DNA of 61,765 bases, filler included, from Sphacelaria rigidula (Eukaryota): NCBI GenBank assembly GCA_964200075.2. It is 7 parts of 7 records of this genome, joined end to end, with 100 filler letters (N's around TTAATTAATTAA, not from the genome) between each part and the next. Parts side by side here need not be neighbours in the genome. Positions count along the whole stretch, not along the records: positions 17,679 to 26,416 come from CAXNAA020010226.1; positions 26,517 to 35,254 come from CAXNAA020010227.1; positions 35,355 to 44,091 come from CAXNAA020010228.1; 4 more parts are not named here. The stretch is one strand, 5' to 3'. Shown piece by piece: positions 24,863 to 36,826 of the stretch. The notes beneath the pieces are model-generated. The model ran no database searches, had not been told where the DNA came from, and saw only the letters and a program-made list of their open reading frames with translations. Both the position numbers and the translations under genes were made by a program. The stretch's first letter is position 1, and every line of letters begins with the position of its first letter.

Positions 24863-25866
24863 CCCTTTTGGGACTGGGCCTCCAGAACGATCAATGAGGC
24901 TGCTAGGAATGACGTGTCCTGTATATGCATACAACAGTGGATTCATGTTGCTAAAAATCCAAGTATGTATGTAACCGCAGGGTCAGAGAGGAAGACCGAA
25001 AGTTTCACCCAATCTATTTTCAGGTACAGGCACAAACTGTCTGTACTATATTCGGGTGTTGTGCGTATCAGGTAATGTACATATGTATCAAGCAGTATAA
25101 GTCGCTGTGGAGAGCGAGCTTGCAAGAGGAGGTGGCAATCGCCGCCCGCCACTTGTGGCCTTGGATATTGTCCCCATCACCTTGTCACACAGCCCTTTGT
25201 GGTCGGGGTGGGCCGCGATTTCCCTCTTTGTTGCAAGCGGCAGATTCTCTACGAACGGCATAGGCGTTGCGCCGCAGATACAGTACAGTGCAGCACCCTT
25301 TGCGCCTGCAGCAGCAGCTGCCGCTGCATACTCCCTCACATGTTCTGGGTAGGTCTCCGCGACAGAGATCAGCTGCCTATACACAGCTTGTTCGTTACCG
25401 TCGAGTACATACGACCTCACCGCTGCTTGCACCGCTTTGACAGAGGGATGCGCGAAACTCACGCCTCTAGCTCCGTCTCTCATCCCACAGCGTTGCTACA
25501 TTCAGTCACCTTATGAACATGACCACATATATCGTAGGGTAGACTTATTCCCGAATTTCCCCCGAGCACTACGTGTTAGTGTTATCAACTAGGGTCAACA
25601 ATAGGATGGTACCCGGAAAAAAATCGGGGGATGGAGGTCGGGCCTACATAAAATGCACCGAGCCCCAACAACTTGGGGTTACTCTTGCTTCGAAGGCTTT
25701 TTTGTGGGCCAGGGACAGGGTACATCAACTTTGCAGTGACATCACTCCCGGCGACAGCCCCCCCCCACTGGTCGTTCCGATGTGGTCGATAAATTTCGCT
25801 TCGCCCTGATCGGACAGGTCGCTCCCACACTTGTTTGTTATTATTTTACTAACACATGGGGAACCC
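24863..25866 (+). mobile_element. piggyBac-like element copy B (distal TIR missing)
   Basis: TTAA|CCCTTTTGGGACTGGGCCTCCAGAACGATCAATGAGGCTG left end; subterminal AGGTCGCTCCC...CTAACACATGG present, then homology is lost. Confidence 0.8.
25088..25483 (-). CDS. Cargo ORF of unknown function inside piggyBac-like copy B
   Basis: 131-codon ORF homologous to 21383-21883; apparent frameshift near its 3' end relative to copy A. Confidence 0.45.
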   Translation of the reverse strand: MRDGARGVSFAHPSVKAVQAAVRSYVLDGNEQAVYRQLISVAETYPEHVREYAAAAAAAGAKGAALYCICGATPMPFVENLPLATKREIAAHPDHKGLCDKVMGTISKATSGGRRLPPPLASSLSTATYTA

Positions 25867-26000
25867 TTTGACTTCGACAATCGTCATGCTTTCCATTCCA
25901 GAATTTTTGGTCGCGCCTTGTGATTTACACCCCTCTTTCTACATTCGGAAGGTGTACACAGTATCCGTTAAACACCATGTGCACACAGTGCATATTTTCA

Positions 26001-26277
26001 GGCAGGGATACGTGACACGTAAACATGAACGTGACGTGAATCACGTTCGTAAATTTTAACGTAACGTGACACGTGACGCGTGTCATGTTTGGAAAATTTA
26101 ACGTCACGTGAACGTGCGATCTGGAAATTTAACGTAACGCAAACGTGACATTAATCACGTTGAATAAATTTAACGTGACGTTTCGTTACATGTAACGTAA
26201 TATGTAACGTGACATTGTCACGTGTCACGTATTATGTAACGTGACATTGACACGTCTCACGTTCGAATGTAACGTTT
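26001..26277. repeat. Dense ACGT-core low-complexity array
   Basis: Repeated AACGTGAC, CACGTG, TAACGT and TGACGT words over ~280 bp, preceded by CAGGGAT. Confidence 0.85.
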
Positions 26278-26416
26278 CAGTCTCATTTTTCTTGGGTACG
26301 TCCATCATGAGACCACGGCTGGACCCCTGGGGGGTCAGTTAAAGTACAACAATCAATCAATCGATCACTAAAATCAAAATACTACCTCATAAACGTCACA
26401 TGAAGCGGTGAACACT

Positions 26417-26516
26417 NNNNNNNNNNNNNNNNNNNNNNNNNNNNNNNNNNNNNNNNNNNNTTAATTAATTAANNNNNNNNNNNNNNNNNNNNNNNNNNNN
26501 NNNNNNNNNNNNNNNN
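26417..26516. other. Artificial contig linker
   Basis: 44N + TTAATTAATTAA + 44N. Confidence 0.98.
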
Positions 26517-26654
26517 GGATACCCCCAGCACATTAGAGTAGTAATCCGGGCGTACTTTCACATATTTTCATAGGTCGTGTTTTGCGTGAAATAAAGGGCT
26601 CCTAACAATTCCAACCCCAGAAAATATTTGTGCACCCCTACCGTAGCATCACTC
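26517..26654 (-). mobile_element. GAG-terminal MITE, truncated by contig start
   Basis: Reverse complement matches 49288-49425 (GAGTGATGCTACGGTAGGGG...). Confidence 0.85.
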
Positions 26655-27754
26655 AGGTCACACGTGTCCAGGGCGCCGTTGATTGTAGCACTAGCACTAC
26701 TTGCTAAAAACTTGGTGATCAAGGTAACAGCTAACCTTGCGTGGGTTCCGTGCATATGTTTCTTGCTCAGTCGGATGTTGACCTTGACAAGCAATAAAGC
26801 GGCCAGAAATTCTGTGGGCACCTATACCTTTTCGGATACTTGCCTTCAGGGACCTATCCGTTGCCTTCGATTTATGACACGATCCCGCCAGTTCACAATT
26901 ATTAACTGCTGTAATTGTGAGGCCGCGCGCGTTTACCTGTTCCGACCAAGCACAATTTTTCTTCTCTTTCTGGTTATTCCTTTGTATCTCCGCCCGGTTC
27001 AAGTAGGGCGAGCGCACCGCACACCACATGCGTTGTGTTTCAACCAACGGTCGGAACGAGTAGCACGCAAGTCGCACCGTGGGTTTCGGATTGATTCCAG
27101 AGCATACTTACCCACCACACCGAATTCTCCCCATGTCAGACACAACATATCATCCTCTCGATATAGCTGAAATACAGTGGCGGTCCGATCATGAGAAAGA
27201 GGTCACGTGATGTAAGAAACTCAGGATGAGATTTCCAAGAAAGAGTAAGAACGTGTGAAGCATCAGCGACGAGCGCTACGCTTGGTCCAATACAGCATAG
27301 GCCCACTAGATGAGAAATTCAGGCTGGGCCTGATTTTTAGTTCATCATGACCGGGCCGCTACTGTACATCCGACATACACAGGCCCAGCTCAAATATATT
27401 GCCCACAACCAGCCCAGAATGGGGCTGTCGTACTCGTAGACAACTCAAGCAATGATTTCTCTCGGGCGTTCCAATACGTCAATTTTTGGAAGGCCACAAC
27501 TATCCTATTTGGCCGTAACACAACTAATTATTAGTGGGCCAGCACCAAGCCGAGTAGGGCTGAGACCGTGTCTTGGCAAATTATTTTTCGATCGAAAACA
27601 TGCGGTGCAAAAGCAGAATCCCAATCTGCCAGGCCTTGCTTTCGGCATAAATGACGTGAACACGAATGACGACGCATCAGATCGGCATTTTTCTTTGCCG
27701 CCCCACTTGTTCGATCGGAAAATGATGTGCCAAGATACCCCCTGATACATTTTC

Positions 27755-28019
27755 CACACTTTCAAAGACAGCCCCTGCCCCCCCCCCAAAAAAAATGTGG
27801 CTGGTTCCGATAGGCAATATCTTCACCTATATCGAAGTGGAAAAAGCCGAGCACAGCGAGCAGCTGGGAATTCCCACGCTTGGGTTCGTCTTTGTCAATG
27901 TCGCCCATTTGAGGCGCTTCATGCAGGCGGAACCCAAACATTCGGGGTTGTTAGACCATTTTCTTCATGGCAGTTTTGGGCTGGTTATGGGGGGGGGGGG
28001 GGGTATCGTAGAAAGTGTC
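27755..28019 (-). mobile_element. GACAC-family MITE, diverged copy, TSD TTTC
   Basis: TTTC|CACACTTTCAAAGACAGCCCC ... GGGTATCGTAGAAAGTGTC|TTTC; internal GCTGGGAATTCCCACGCTTGGG shared with 58159-58406. Confidence 0.9.
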
Positions 28020-28369
28020 TTTCATAAGTTTGAAGGGACAGATCGTACACTACAGTACATTCACACTCTATAAGCACGCGAAGTACCTAGTACATTGTTA
28101 ATAATATTTTCGCACATCAGTTCGATCTCTCGAACCCGTGGTCACAGTACATTCTCGTGCAAAATCTTCTTGCTCGTGATAAGCATAGTTTACATGTGGC
28201 CTGATCAGTCCCGTTGGGCACATTGATATGATTTGCATACTATTTATTTAGTATTCAACTACGTAGTTCATATAATATATGTTATTGCCACGCACATGGC
28301 AAGGACAAAAATACACGAGTTCGATCGATTTCACGATTTTAAAACCAGTTCTTATGGATGGGTTTGGAG

Positions 28370-28780
28370 GAAAAATCCTGTTGAAAGTTGACTTTTGGGC
28401 CCTTCGTTCTCCGCCGTTTTACGCCCGAAAAGAAGGCTAGGCAAACGTTGACACCTGGGTATGAAACTTGGCTCTACTCGTTGAGACCTTTTCAGGGCAA
28501 CCTCGCGTTTCCCGGTGGCCGCAGTTTTATTTTTGGCAAGCTTGAATTTTTTATACCGAACGGTCAAGTGATCGAAATCTGTCCAGCATTTTGATCACCC
28601 GACCGTTGCTTCCGAAAATGCAAGTTCGGCCAAAAAAACCCTGCGGAAACGCAAAGTTACCCTGGAAAGGTCTCAAAGACTAGAGCAAGTCATTCCAAGG
28701 TGTCAACATCCGCCTAGTCCTCTTTTCGGGCGTTGAACGAAGAAGGATCCAAAAGGCACCTTTCGACAGGATTTTTTTCC
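28370..28780. repeat. Fold-back element with ~140-bp degenerate inverted arms
   Basis: ACGCCCGAAAAGAAGGCTAGGC...GTTGACACCT...TTGAGACCTTT pairs with AAAGGTCTCAA...AGGTGTCAAC...GCCTAGTCCTCTTTTCGGGCGT. Confidence 0.75.
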
Positions 28781-29433
28781 CAAACGCATGAGAAATGACA
28801 TAAGCGTGAAATATATATATATATATATATATACTAAAAAGTTTTATCTGGAGTATTACAAGTCGGTTTTTCACATGTGCGTAGTTTTGAACCGGCTCAA
28901 AGGTGGCCTTGAGAGACTTGGGCCACGTTGAATAACCGACATGTGAGAGCTTGCTCTGGACGTGAACTACCGTGCGGAATGCCCGGCCGCCAAAGCGATT
29001 GGAAGGCGTGTACCACCACCGGACACAGCACAACAACAACAAAAGTGTTACACATGCGTGTAAGCGCATTTTGGTCGTTCATTTTTCACACGGGATCGTC
29101 CGGGTGAGCGTAAGCGCGAAGAAGAGGACTAAAAATATCCGTCACGGCCGGCCACAGCAGACTGATCATGAACGATATCTTCTCTGGCCAGTAGGGCTAC
29201 AACGCTGCGTGACTCCTCAAGGCTTCGAACGCACGCACAACAGACAAACCGACGCAGCGGGGGGTCGGTTGCATTTTATGCGACAAAATTATTACCATCC
29301 ACCATTAGACACGTTTTCGAGAGCCAACGCAAATCGCCTGTACCTGCTATTCGCCCATTCCAATGTGAAAAAAACTCGTCACCTAATACCCACGTACGCC
29401 CTCACAGAAGGCCTCTACCCTCATATCATCCTC

Positions 29434-31944
29434 CTATTGTGCAGGCACTGGTTCGTCTACCGTCATTGGACTATGTCGTCGTAGATTCATGATCGCCACG
29501 TTGTAGATGCTCCGGAGATCTTCCTCGTCGAACCTCGATCTTCGTAATATCTCCCTCAGCAGTGCCACCGTCTCCTCCGGTCTGTCGCCTTTCCCGCATG
29601 CCTTCATGGCCGTATTGTAGATCACTGCATCAGGCTCGATACCATGCGTTTCCATCTCCTTCAGAAGCGACAGCGCTTGCTCCCACCGCCCACCATCCCC
29701 GCACGCCTTGATGACCGGGGTATAGCTCACCACATCCGGAGCAACGAGATTATCCGCCTGCATCTCTCTCAAAAGCGACAGGGCCACTTCCCACTGCCCA
29801 CAGTCACCACAGGCAGCGATAGTAGCATTGTAGGTCATGACGTTTGGGGTGACAATATCCTTCGCCTGAACTTCCCTCAGAAGCGACAAAGCTTCTTCCC
29901 ACTGCCGACCATCTCCGCAAGCTGTGATGGCTGCGTTGTAGCTCACCACGTTCGGTCTGATACCCTCTGTTTGCATTTCCCTTAAAATGGACACGGCAAG
30001 CTTCCATGCACCACCGCCCGCGCACGCCGTAATGGCTGAATTGAACCCCTGCGTATCCATAGCTACACCTCCCGCGCGCATCCGTCGGTAAACAGCATAC
30101 GCCTGTTTCCACTGCTCGCCCCCCCCGCATGCCACAATGGCCGAGGTGTAGCTAACCACATCGGGGGTAAAGATTTCTCCTGCCTCCATCTCCTCCAAAA
30201 GAGACAGGGCTAGCTTCCACTGCCGACCATCCCCGCATGCCTTGATAGCGGAGTTATAGCTCACCAGATCTGGGAGAATATTGCACTTCGCTTTCATCTC
30301 CCTTAAGAGAGATAACGCCCGCTCCCACTGCCCGCCTTCCCCGCACGCCCTAATGGCCGAGTTGTAGCTGACGATCGTGGGCGGAATACCCCTTGTCTGC
30401 ATCTCCGTAAGGAGCGACAGAGCCTGCTCCCACTGTCCGCCGTCCCCGCACGCCGTGATTGCCGAGTTATACGTTGTCTCACTTGGCGCGATGCCCTCTC
30501 TCTGCATCTCCCTCAAAAGCGATAGAGTTTCCTGCCATCGTCCACCATCGCCGCATGCCTTGATGGCCGAGTTATAGCTGATCTCATCCGGGGCTATCCC
30601 GTCTCCCCGCATCTCCGTCAAAAGTGATAGAGCCAGCTCCCACTGACTGCAGTTCCCACACGCCTTTATAGCCCGGTTGTACGTCCTGTCATTCGGGAGC
30701 ATGCCTGCCTTGCGCATCCGGGATATGATCGAGATCGCCCTCTCCCACTGTCCGCCGTTCCCGCAAACCGTGATGGCCGCGTTGTAGCTCTGTACAGACG
30801 GGGGTACGCCCTTACTCTCCATTTCATTCAGCAGAGACAAAGCTAGCTCCCACTGCCCTCTACCCGCGCATGCCGTGATAACCAAGGTGTAACTCACGAC
30901 ATCTGGAGCGACGCCCTTCCGCTGCATCTCTCGCAAGAGAGACAGAGCTTGCTCCTGCTTCCCGCCGTTTCCACAGGCCTTGATGGCCGAGTTGTAACTC
31001 ACGGCGCTTGGCTCGACGCCCTCCACGCGCATCTCCCGTAAAAGAGACAACGCCTGCTCCCACTGACCACTTTCTCCACAAGAGTTGATGGCCGAGTTGT
31101 ACGTCACCAGCTTTGGAGCGATCCCCTCTGCTTGCATCTCCCTCAAGTAAGTCAAAGCGACCTGCCACTGCCCTCGGTCCCCGCACGCCTTGATAACGAT
31201 GTTGTAGGTGACGACATTACGCGCGATCCCCTTGGCTTTCATCTCCTCCAAGAGGGTCAGCGTTTCTTCCCACTTTCCGCTTTTCCCGCAGGCGTCTATG
31301 AGCGTGTTGTAGGTCCAGTCGTTCGGCGTGACACCCTCCGCCTTCATGGCTGCAAAGAGAGAAACGGCGCGCTTCCACTGCCTGCCCTTCCCACAGGCCT
31401 TGATGGCCGAGTTGTACGTAACCACGCTGGGATTCACCCCGCTATTTCGCATGGTTTCCAACAACTCAACCGCATCTTGCCATTTACCGCAAACCGCCGC
31501 AACATTCAAAGCAGCACTGTAGATATACACGTCCACGAGTACAGGGGCATCGTCTCGAGCGAGCGTTTCGCTCAAGATTTTCTTCGCCGCGTCCCAATTT
31601 CGCTGTTGCCCTGCCTTCTTCAATTGACCCATGTAATGTTGGTGAGTGGTCTGACGACCGTCAGATCTTTGCTCCCAATGCCCTCGCCCGCCCTCTGGCC
31701 TATTCCTCTGTCGATAACCGCTCTCCCTACCTGGTCTATCCCCACTCCGACCGCCCACATGACCACGCGTCCGGTCTCTCCGCCCCTGGCCTCCCTCATC
31801 AGGCGGTCTATCCACGCTACCACCAGTGGAGGAGCCGCTAGCTCGTGAAATACAAGGGGTGAGGGCGCTATGACAAGCTCGCGAGGATCGCCGTGCGTTC
31901 TGGTATAATGTACTCGCAGCGCGGGTGGTGTATCGAAGGGCCAT
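29434..31944 (-). CDS. P-class pentatricopeptide repeat (PPR) protein, intronless, ~836 aa, probably mitochondrion-targeted
   Basis: 19 clear tandem 35-36-aa motifs (e.g. VVTYNSAIKACGKGRQWKRAVSLFAAMKAEGVTPN) plus one degenerate motif; first ATG at 31944 (MALRYTTRAAS..., Arg/Ser/Ala-rich with no acidic residues early on); no E or DYW domain. Confidence 0.95.
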   Translation of the reverse strand: MALRYTTRAASTLYQNARRSSRACHSALTPCISRASGSSTGGSVDRPPDEGGQGRRDRTRGHVGGRSGDRPGRESGYRQRNRPEGGRGHWEQRSDGRQTTHQHYMGQLKKAGQQRNWDAAKKILSETLARDDAPVLVDVYIYSAALNVAAVCGKWQDAVELLETMRNSGVNPSVVTYNSAIKACGKGRQWKRAVSLFAAMKAEGVTPNDWTYNTLIDACGKSGKWEETLTLLEEMKAKGIARNVVTYNIVIKACGDRGQWQVALTYLREMQAEGIAPKLVTYNSAINSCGESGQWEQALSLLREMRVEGVEPSAVSYNSAIKACGNGGKQEQALSLLREMQRKGVAPDVVSYTLVITACAGRGQWELALSLLNEMESKGVPPSVQSYNAAITVCGNGGQWERAISIISRMRKAGMLPNDRTYNRAIKACGNCSQWELALSLLTEMRGDGIAPDEISYNSAIKACGDGGRWQETLSLLREMQREGIAPSETTYNSAITACGDGGQWEQALSLLTEMQTRGIPPTIVSYNSAIRACGEGGQWERALSLLREMKAKCNILPDLVSYNSAIKACGDGRQWKLALSLLEEMEAGEIFTPDVVSYTSAIVACGGGEQWKQAYAVYRRMRAGGVAMDTQGFNSAITACAGGGAWKLAVSILREMQTEGIRPNVVSYNAAITACGDGRQWEEALSLLREVQAKDIVTPNVMTYNATIAACGDCGQWEVALSLLREMQADNLVAPDVVSYTPVIKACGDGGRWEQALSLLKEMETHGIEPDAVIYNTAMKACGKGDRPEETVALLREILRRSRFDEEDLRSIYNVAIMNLRRHSPMTVDEPVPAQ

Positions 31945-34900
31945 GTGATGTGAACTGCACACAGCACACACGGCTGTGTGCGCAGCATCGTGGAAGTCCA
32001 GGGTCACAGAGAGAGCGGCGTGCGGCAGAACAGCGGGAAACGTGAAGGAGGCGCGAGGTCAACACGTGTAGTGTAGTCGATCGATCTTTTCCGTAGTCGG
32101 TGTACGCTGGCAGTTTTTCGTGGCCGTGGTCACTTTACTGCTGGGTCGGACAAGAAACTTCTCGGAAGTATGTCATTTCGAACTGGCGCTAGCCCTAAAC
32201 CCAACCCAAGGCATACCGAGAGTCCTCGGGCGAGGGGGGTGTAAATTGTTCCCTAGGCAAAGTGTGGCGTTGGTAGACCTCATTTGACGAATTATTCTTC
32301 AGCGCACGCTGGGAGCACTTCGGACTGTCAGCCCCACTGAAGATCCGAATATCGGTGTTTATACTCATATCAAGTAACAAGGTTCCGGGAAGTTTTCATC
32401 CCATCTGGTGGTAAACTCTACTGTCGTGGTCTACATACCCATACAACTTGATACAGCAGGTGATCACCACGTTCATTCCAGAGCAGTAATTTCAGTGCAA
32501 ATCAGGTATCAAATTCGAACAATGTACTTGATCTTGCTGCCGAAAACGAATGCAACCAGAATAATGTTCGGACAGTTATCGAGACAATTTTCTCTCTGGC
32601 ACTGGCACAACACAACAGGAAACGGGCAGTTTTCACGAGCAGTGAAAGACAAAAGTGAACATGGCGATACCATCGGGCGGAAACTGCGCGTATGCAGTGA
32701 GAGGCGAAGACGGGAGGCATGGCGAAGGGTGGGGTCGGGGGTAGGACCAGTGCACGTGACACGGCAAAAACGTTGTCTCGGGAGTGGGAAAACGGTTGTG
32801 TTTTTCTGTATCTGTGCCCTACGGTCATGGAACAAAATGACCGAGACAGGGCAGCTGGGAAGTTACGCAATACCGTGCGTCCTCGACTCAAGACAGAAAT
32901 GGCGAGCACACGAGGAGGGCAATGGCTTAGCCCCGCAAGCAGCAGATTCCCACGTGCACCTGCCCAACGGAATGAGACATCGGCTGAATCCATTTTCTTC
33001 ATGTTGCTGTTGTCCATTACGCACCTTCACCACAACTTTGCACCTCAAGCATGCTAGGTCGAATTTTCAAGGGACGTGAGGACAAGTCGCGCTTTGTTTT
33101 TCGGCTTTTATCGAGGCCCCCTCACCAGCCGGACGGAGCGAGGCGGCAGGGTTCAGGCTGCGCTCTCGCCCACCGGCTGGGTCGCATCATGCCCTATTGT
33201 CGGGATATATCGGGTTCGCGAAAATATCATTGAACCGGCTTGTATATACCATCGGACTTTGCTACCGACGCAAAAAATCGCCCGCCCAAAAGGGTCTCAG
33301 ACCGTGAGTTTCACCGCTTGCCTCGGGTAATGAAGTGGAGCAATGCACAACACACTTTTGAATGCGAGCAGAACCAGGGGGGATCCACGGATACAAAGGC
33401 CGAACACCGATCGCGGACGGTGAGGAAACACTGCAATGACGTATCCGTGTTGCACTGCGCCCAATAGTCGGAGAAACGTTTTGAGCCGCAACACAGTGGC
33501 ATACACAGGATATCGGCAACAGCTTTGGCAGCGCGCTTCGCAACACCCCGACTGCCAGGGATATATAACCCTGGCGTTCGCCTACAGACGCGATCCCGTG
33601 AACACGACGCCACGGAAAATAGATCATAACACGTGCCCTTCATTAATCGGCACAGCAGCGCAGGGGTCAAGAGTAAAATATAGTCCCACGCCCTCCTGTT
33701 GATTGTCACTTCTCTCCCCCAATCCCCCGGAGCAGCAAAACGAGGGAAATACTGTACCGCCGCAACGACGTACATTTGTACTGAGCTCGACAACAGTGCT
33801 GCGCACCTTGCTGCACTTGAAGGACTGCCACGATTCGTCAATATATATGCTGAGCAACGCAGTCAGTATTGCACAGACAGGAAGTGCAGTGCCGTCGAGG
33901 TGTAAGGAGTAGAAATTGTGTCAAAGTCCCGAACACGAACACGACGGTACAACAATGGCTGAATGATCGAGGGCAAACGAGTGATGTTTCTTCAGCACAC
34001 CATGAAACTCTGCGAGCCGGCAAGATTAGAGTACCGTGAGCAAGCTTTGCTTGAGACAGAAACAGCCCGATGGCTTGGCAATAGCTCCTCTGCCTTGCTA
34101 TTGAGGACACAAGGTTGCTCCGACCAGGTTGCCCCGATCATCGCTGACTCGGTCAAAGTGGGCTACGGTTAGATGACGGGGTACAACACCCCCGATGACA
34201 ATCTTTTTCGCTTAGATTTTCAAGAGATAACATGGTAGCCATGCCGCCAAAAGTCGTTTTACTGGATAAATCTCATCAATTATCTTGGCTTCACGATATC
34301 GTTTGTGCCTGATATGTTTTCTCTCGAGCTGGTCGAGGTCAAGACCAATTGCTGGAAGGTGTTATGCTCCGTCACCTGCGGTTGTCGTCAGGTGTGCGCA
34401 AGCATGCTGTCCAGCCCAGTGCTCAAACTAACCGAGAACCAAGCATAAACTACGGGTAACTAACCTCTCCGGAAACAGAAGACTTGGATGTCGACAGCCA
34501 ATACGTCACTGCCCGCAGCGTGGCTGCCTGAAATCCCCAATGGCGTTCCTCTTGCTGGAGTTCGGGCAGTTCGAGATAGCTCTGTGACTGTATCATCTAT
34601 TGTATAATTTTCATCGTCACACTAGATTGACTGTAATCCAGAGTCTATGTAGGTGATATTGTCTGCCCGTGGTCAAAACCCATCGAAACAACAGAAACCC
34701 CATCCCAAACCAAGTTGTCCTTATTAAATCCTTCTTTTATGAATATTATATTATAGTCATCACCATAGTAGTAGACTGTGCTTGCTTGCCTCTGGATATT
34801 ACCGCGATTGACGAGGCGCCTTTACCCTTTTGACGCAGTTATTATACTATGTACAGAGCACTGTTTTTTTTAGAATATGATCGTACGTTATGATGCAAAT

Positions 34901-35254
34901 GGAAGATAATAAACAATGTTCAGCGTCCCAGGTGCGGAAAAGGGTGCTGATCGTAAGGTGAAAATATCCAAGCGAGGGTGGCTCGGCTGGAGTAAGCGCC
35001 GACGTGTCTATCGTCGAGCGTGGCCATCGAGGGAAACATGTTACAATAGCACTCATATAGGTCAGACCCACTGTAGACAGTATAAAGGCTTTGACGGTTT
35101 AAGAGATAACTAACTAGACTACTGACCAGCCATGGTCATGTAGCAAGATATTTTGGCAGCAAGCAATTTATCGCTATTAATACTACCTCCGTTCCCCGTC
35201 CTCCGACGAAGGCCATGGCCGGTCTTGTCGGTACGGCGTGGGGAGGATCTTTTC

Positions 35255-35354
35255 NNNNNNNNNNNNNNNNNNNNNNNNNNNNNNNNNNNNNNNNNNNNTT
35301 AATTAATTAANNNNNNNNNNNNNNNNNNNNNNNNNNNNNNNNNNNNNNNNNNNN
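35255..35354. other. Artificial contig linker
   Basis: 44N + TTAATTAATTAA + 44N. Confidence 0.98.
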
Positions 35355-35499
35355 GCCGATCACGCTCACGTGTATTCGGTGCGGAACATTGTTTCTGGCA
35401 CCGTGCACTCGGCCCATGTCGCTCCTTTACGTTTCTATGCTGACTCGCAGTTGCACATCACTGCGGAACAAGAAGGTGTATTTCAGCATTCGTATGCTC

Positions 35500-35715
35500 A
35501 AAGTGAATGTTATGGTGCACGTCGCCAAGGGTGACAATAGCGATGTCATTGTTTTGGTCGATTGGGAAGGGTTCGGTGCTGAAGAACGTACGTGGCAGTC
35601 TCTTCGCAAGATTTATTCTTCTGCGCCTGAATTTGTTTTGAAGGAACTGCGTAGACTGTGGTTGACTCGGGCGCTGACCAGTAAATTAGCGTCGGAAAAT
35701 GGTATTTCTTTGTGA
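35500..35715 (+). pseudogene. Chromodomain-like C-terminus of a Gypsy integrase
   Basis: VIVLVDWEGFGAEERTWQSLRKIY resembles the chromodomain V.W.G....TWE motif; followed by a G-run and an LTR-like segment. Confidence 0.7.
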
Positions 35716-35793
35716 TCCAGCGCATGCGGTTTTGCCTTGGTTTGTGTTGGTTGTCAAGCTTGTTCGTTTGTCTTGAACTCGCTTTGGGGGTGC

Positions 35794-36273
35794 TGTAGAC
35801 AAATGATACCAAGCCGTAGGTTTCAGTATGATCGCATGCATGATTGGAAAGGCCGCAGGGGACAGGGGTTCCTGGATTGATGACCCTCATCTATGTGACC
35901 CCTTGCTGTGTGGCTCTTGATGTGGTCTGTCGAGGATCACTCCGTGATAATAACAAGTGAGAAGAAAGAACCTGTCGAGCACGAGGCCAGTGCTACTGGA
36001 AGAGTCCCTTGTGGACAGTCCTCTCGTCCAGACGGTCTGGCAGAGGCTATAAGCCATATCCCATCTATCTCACACTTGGCATCGATAAACGGACTTTATT
36101 CTGCCTGGTTGGTGGAATCTCCCTCGTGTTACCCGGCGTTGTGTATATACAACGTAGTCAGCAAGTCGCTTTTCTTATTCTGTGATGTTTACTTGTAGTT
36201 AGTGAAGCTTCCCCGTGTTATTCTGACTGTCTCACGTGTCAAGTTTTACCGGGTTCAGTTACAGGGTACAACA
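35794..36273 (+). mobile_element. Probable 3' LTR
   Basis: GGGGG tract then TGTAG...TACAACA, directly after the chromodomain ORF; right end is 36270 or 36273; no second LTR to confirm. Confidence 0.5.
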
Positions 36274-36826
36274 GTAGATTCTACTGTGCGTTGCCCCCGC
36301 TTCGCGTGTTACTGATACGTATCTACCCCTCCGTTGGTACACTACTCGTATCTGCTTAGCGATTTGCTTTAGCTGCCCTTCGGTTCTGCCCCCGCTTGTT
36401 TGCATCCACGTAAGTGCCGTGGTGACGACTTCGTTGGATTACTGACTACGCGTAGGACTGGCCCGAGCTGTGTTCTAATTCTGCCTTGTGCATGCAGCCA
36501 ACCGCCACCTTGTCTTACTACAGTGTGTTCACCCTGCCTTGGAATAGGATACCCCACGCGTCACTGTGCCACGTGCACGCTGTGTGTTTGTCCGCCAATC
36601 ACTATAACATGAGGGGGAGTCAATAGCTAGTTTCGCCGGTTCATGCTGTAGTAGCATTCGATTGATTTCCCTTGCGCCAAGGTAAAACGCCTCCCCCTGT
36701 ACCTGACGAGCACCCCAGATATTGATACGGACAGTCTGTATGGTAGCCTCTCTGGCTTATCCGTGCACTAGTTCGTTTTTACTACTGTCTCAATTGTCAT
36801 GGTTATCATGATCGCTGCTCAAGCAC

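Noticed and set aside
27300..27540. GGCCCACTA...TAGTGGGCC inverted ends, as a possible Harbinger MITE
   Set aside because: Only a 9-bp match, no TSD and no second copy in the window.
31945..32007. ORF-track N-terminal extension of the PPR protein
   Set aside because: It starts at a GTG. The first ATG at 31944 gives a plausible targeting peptide.
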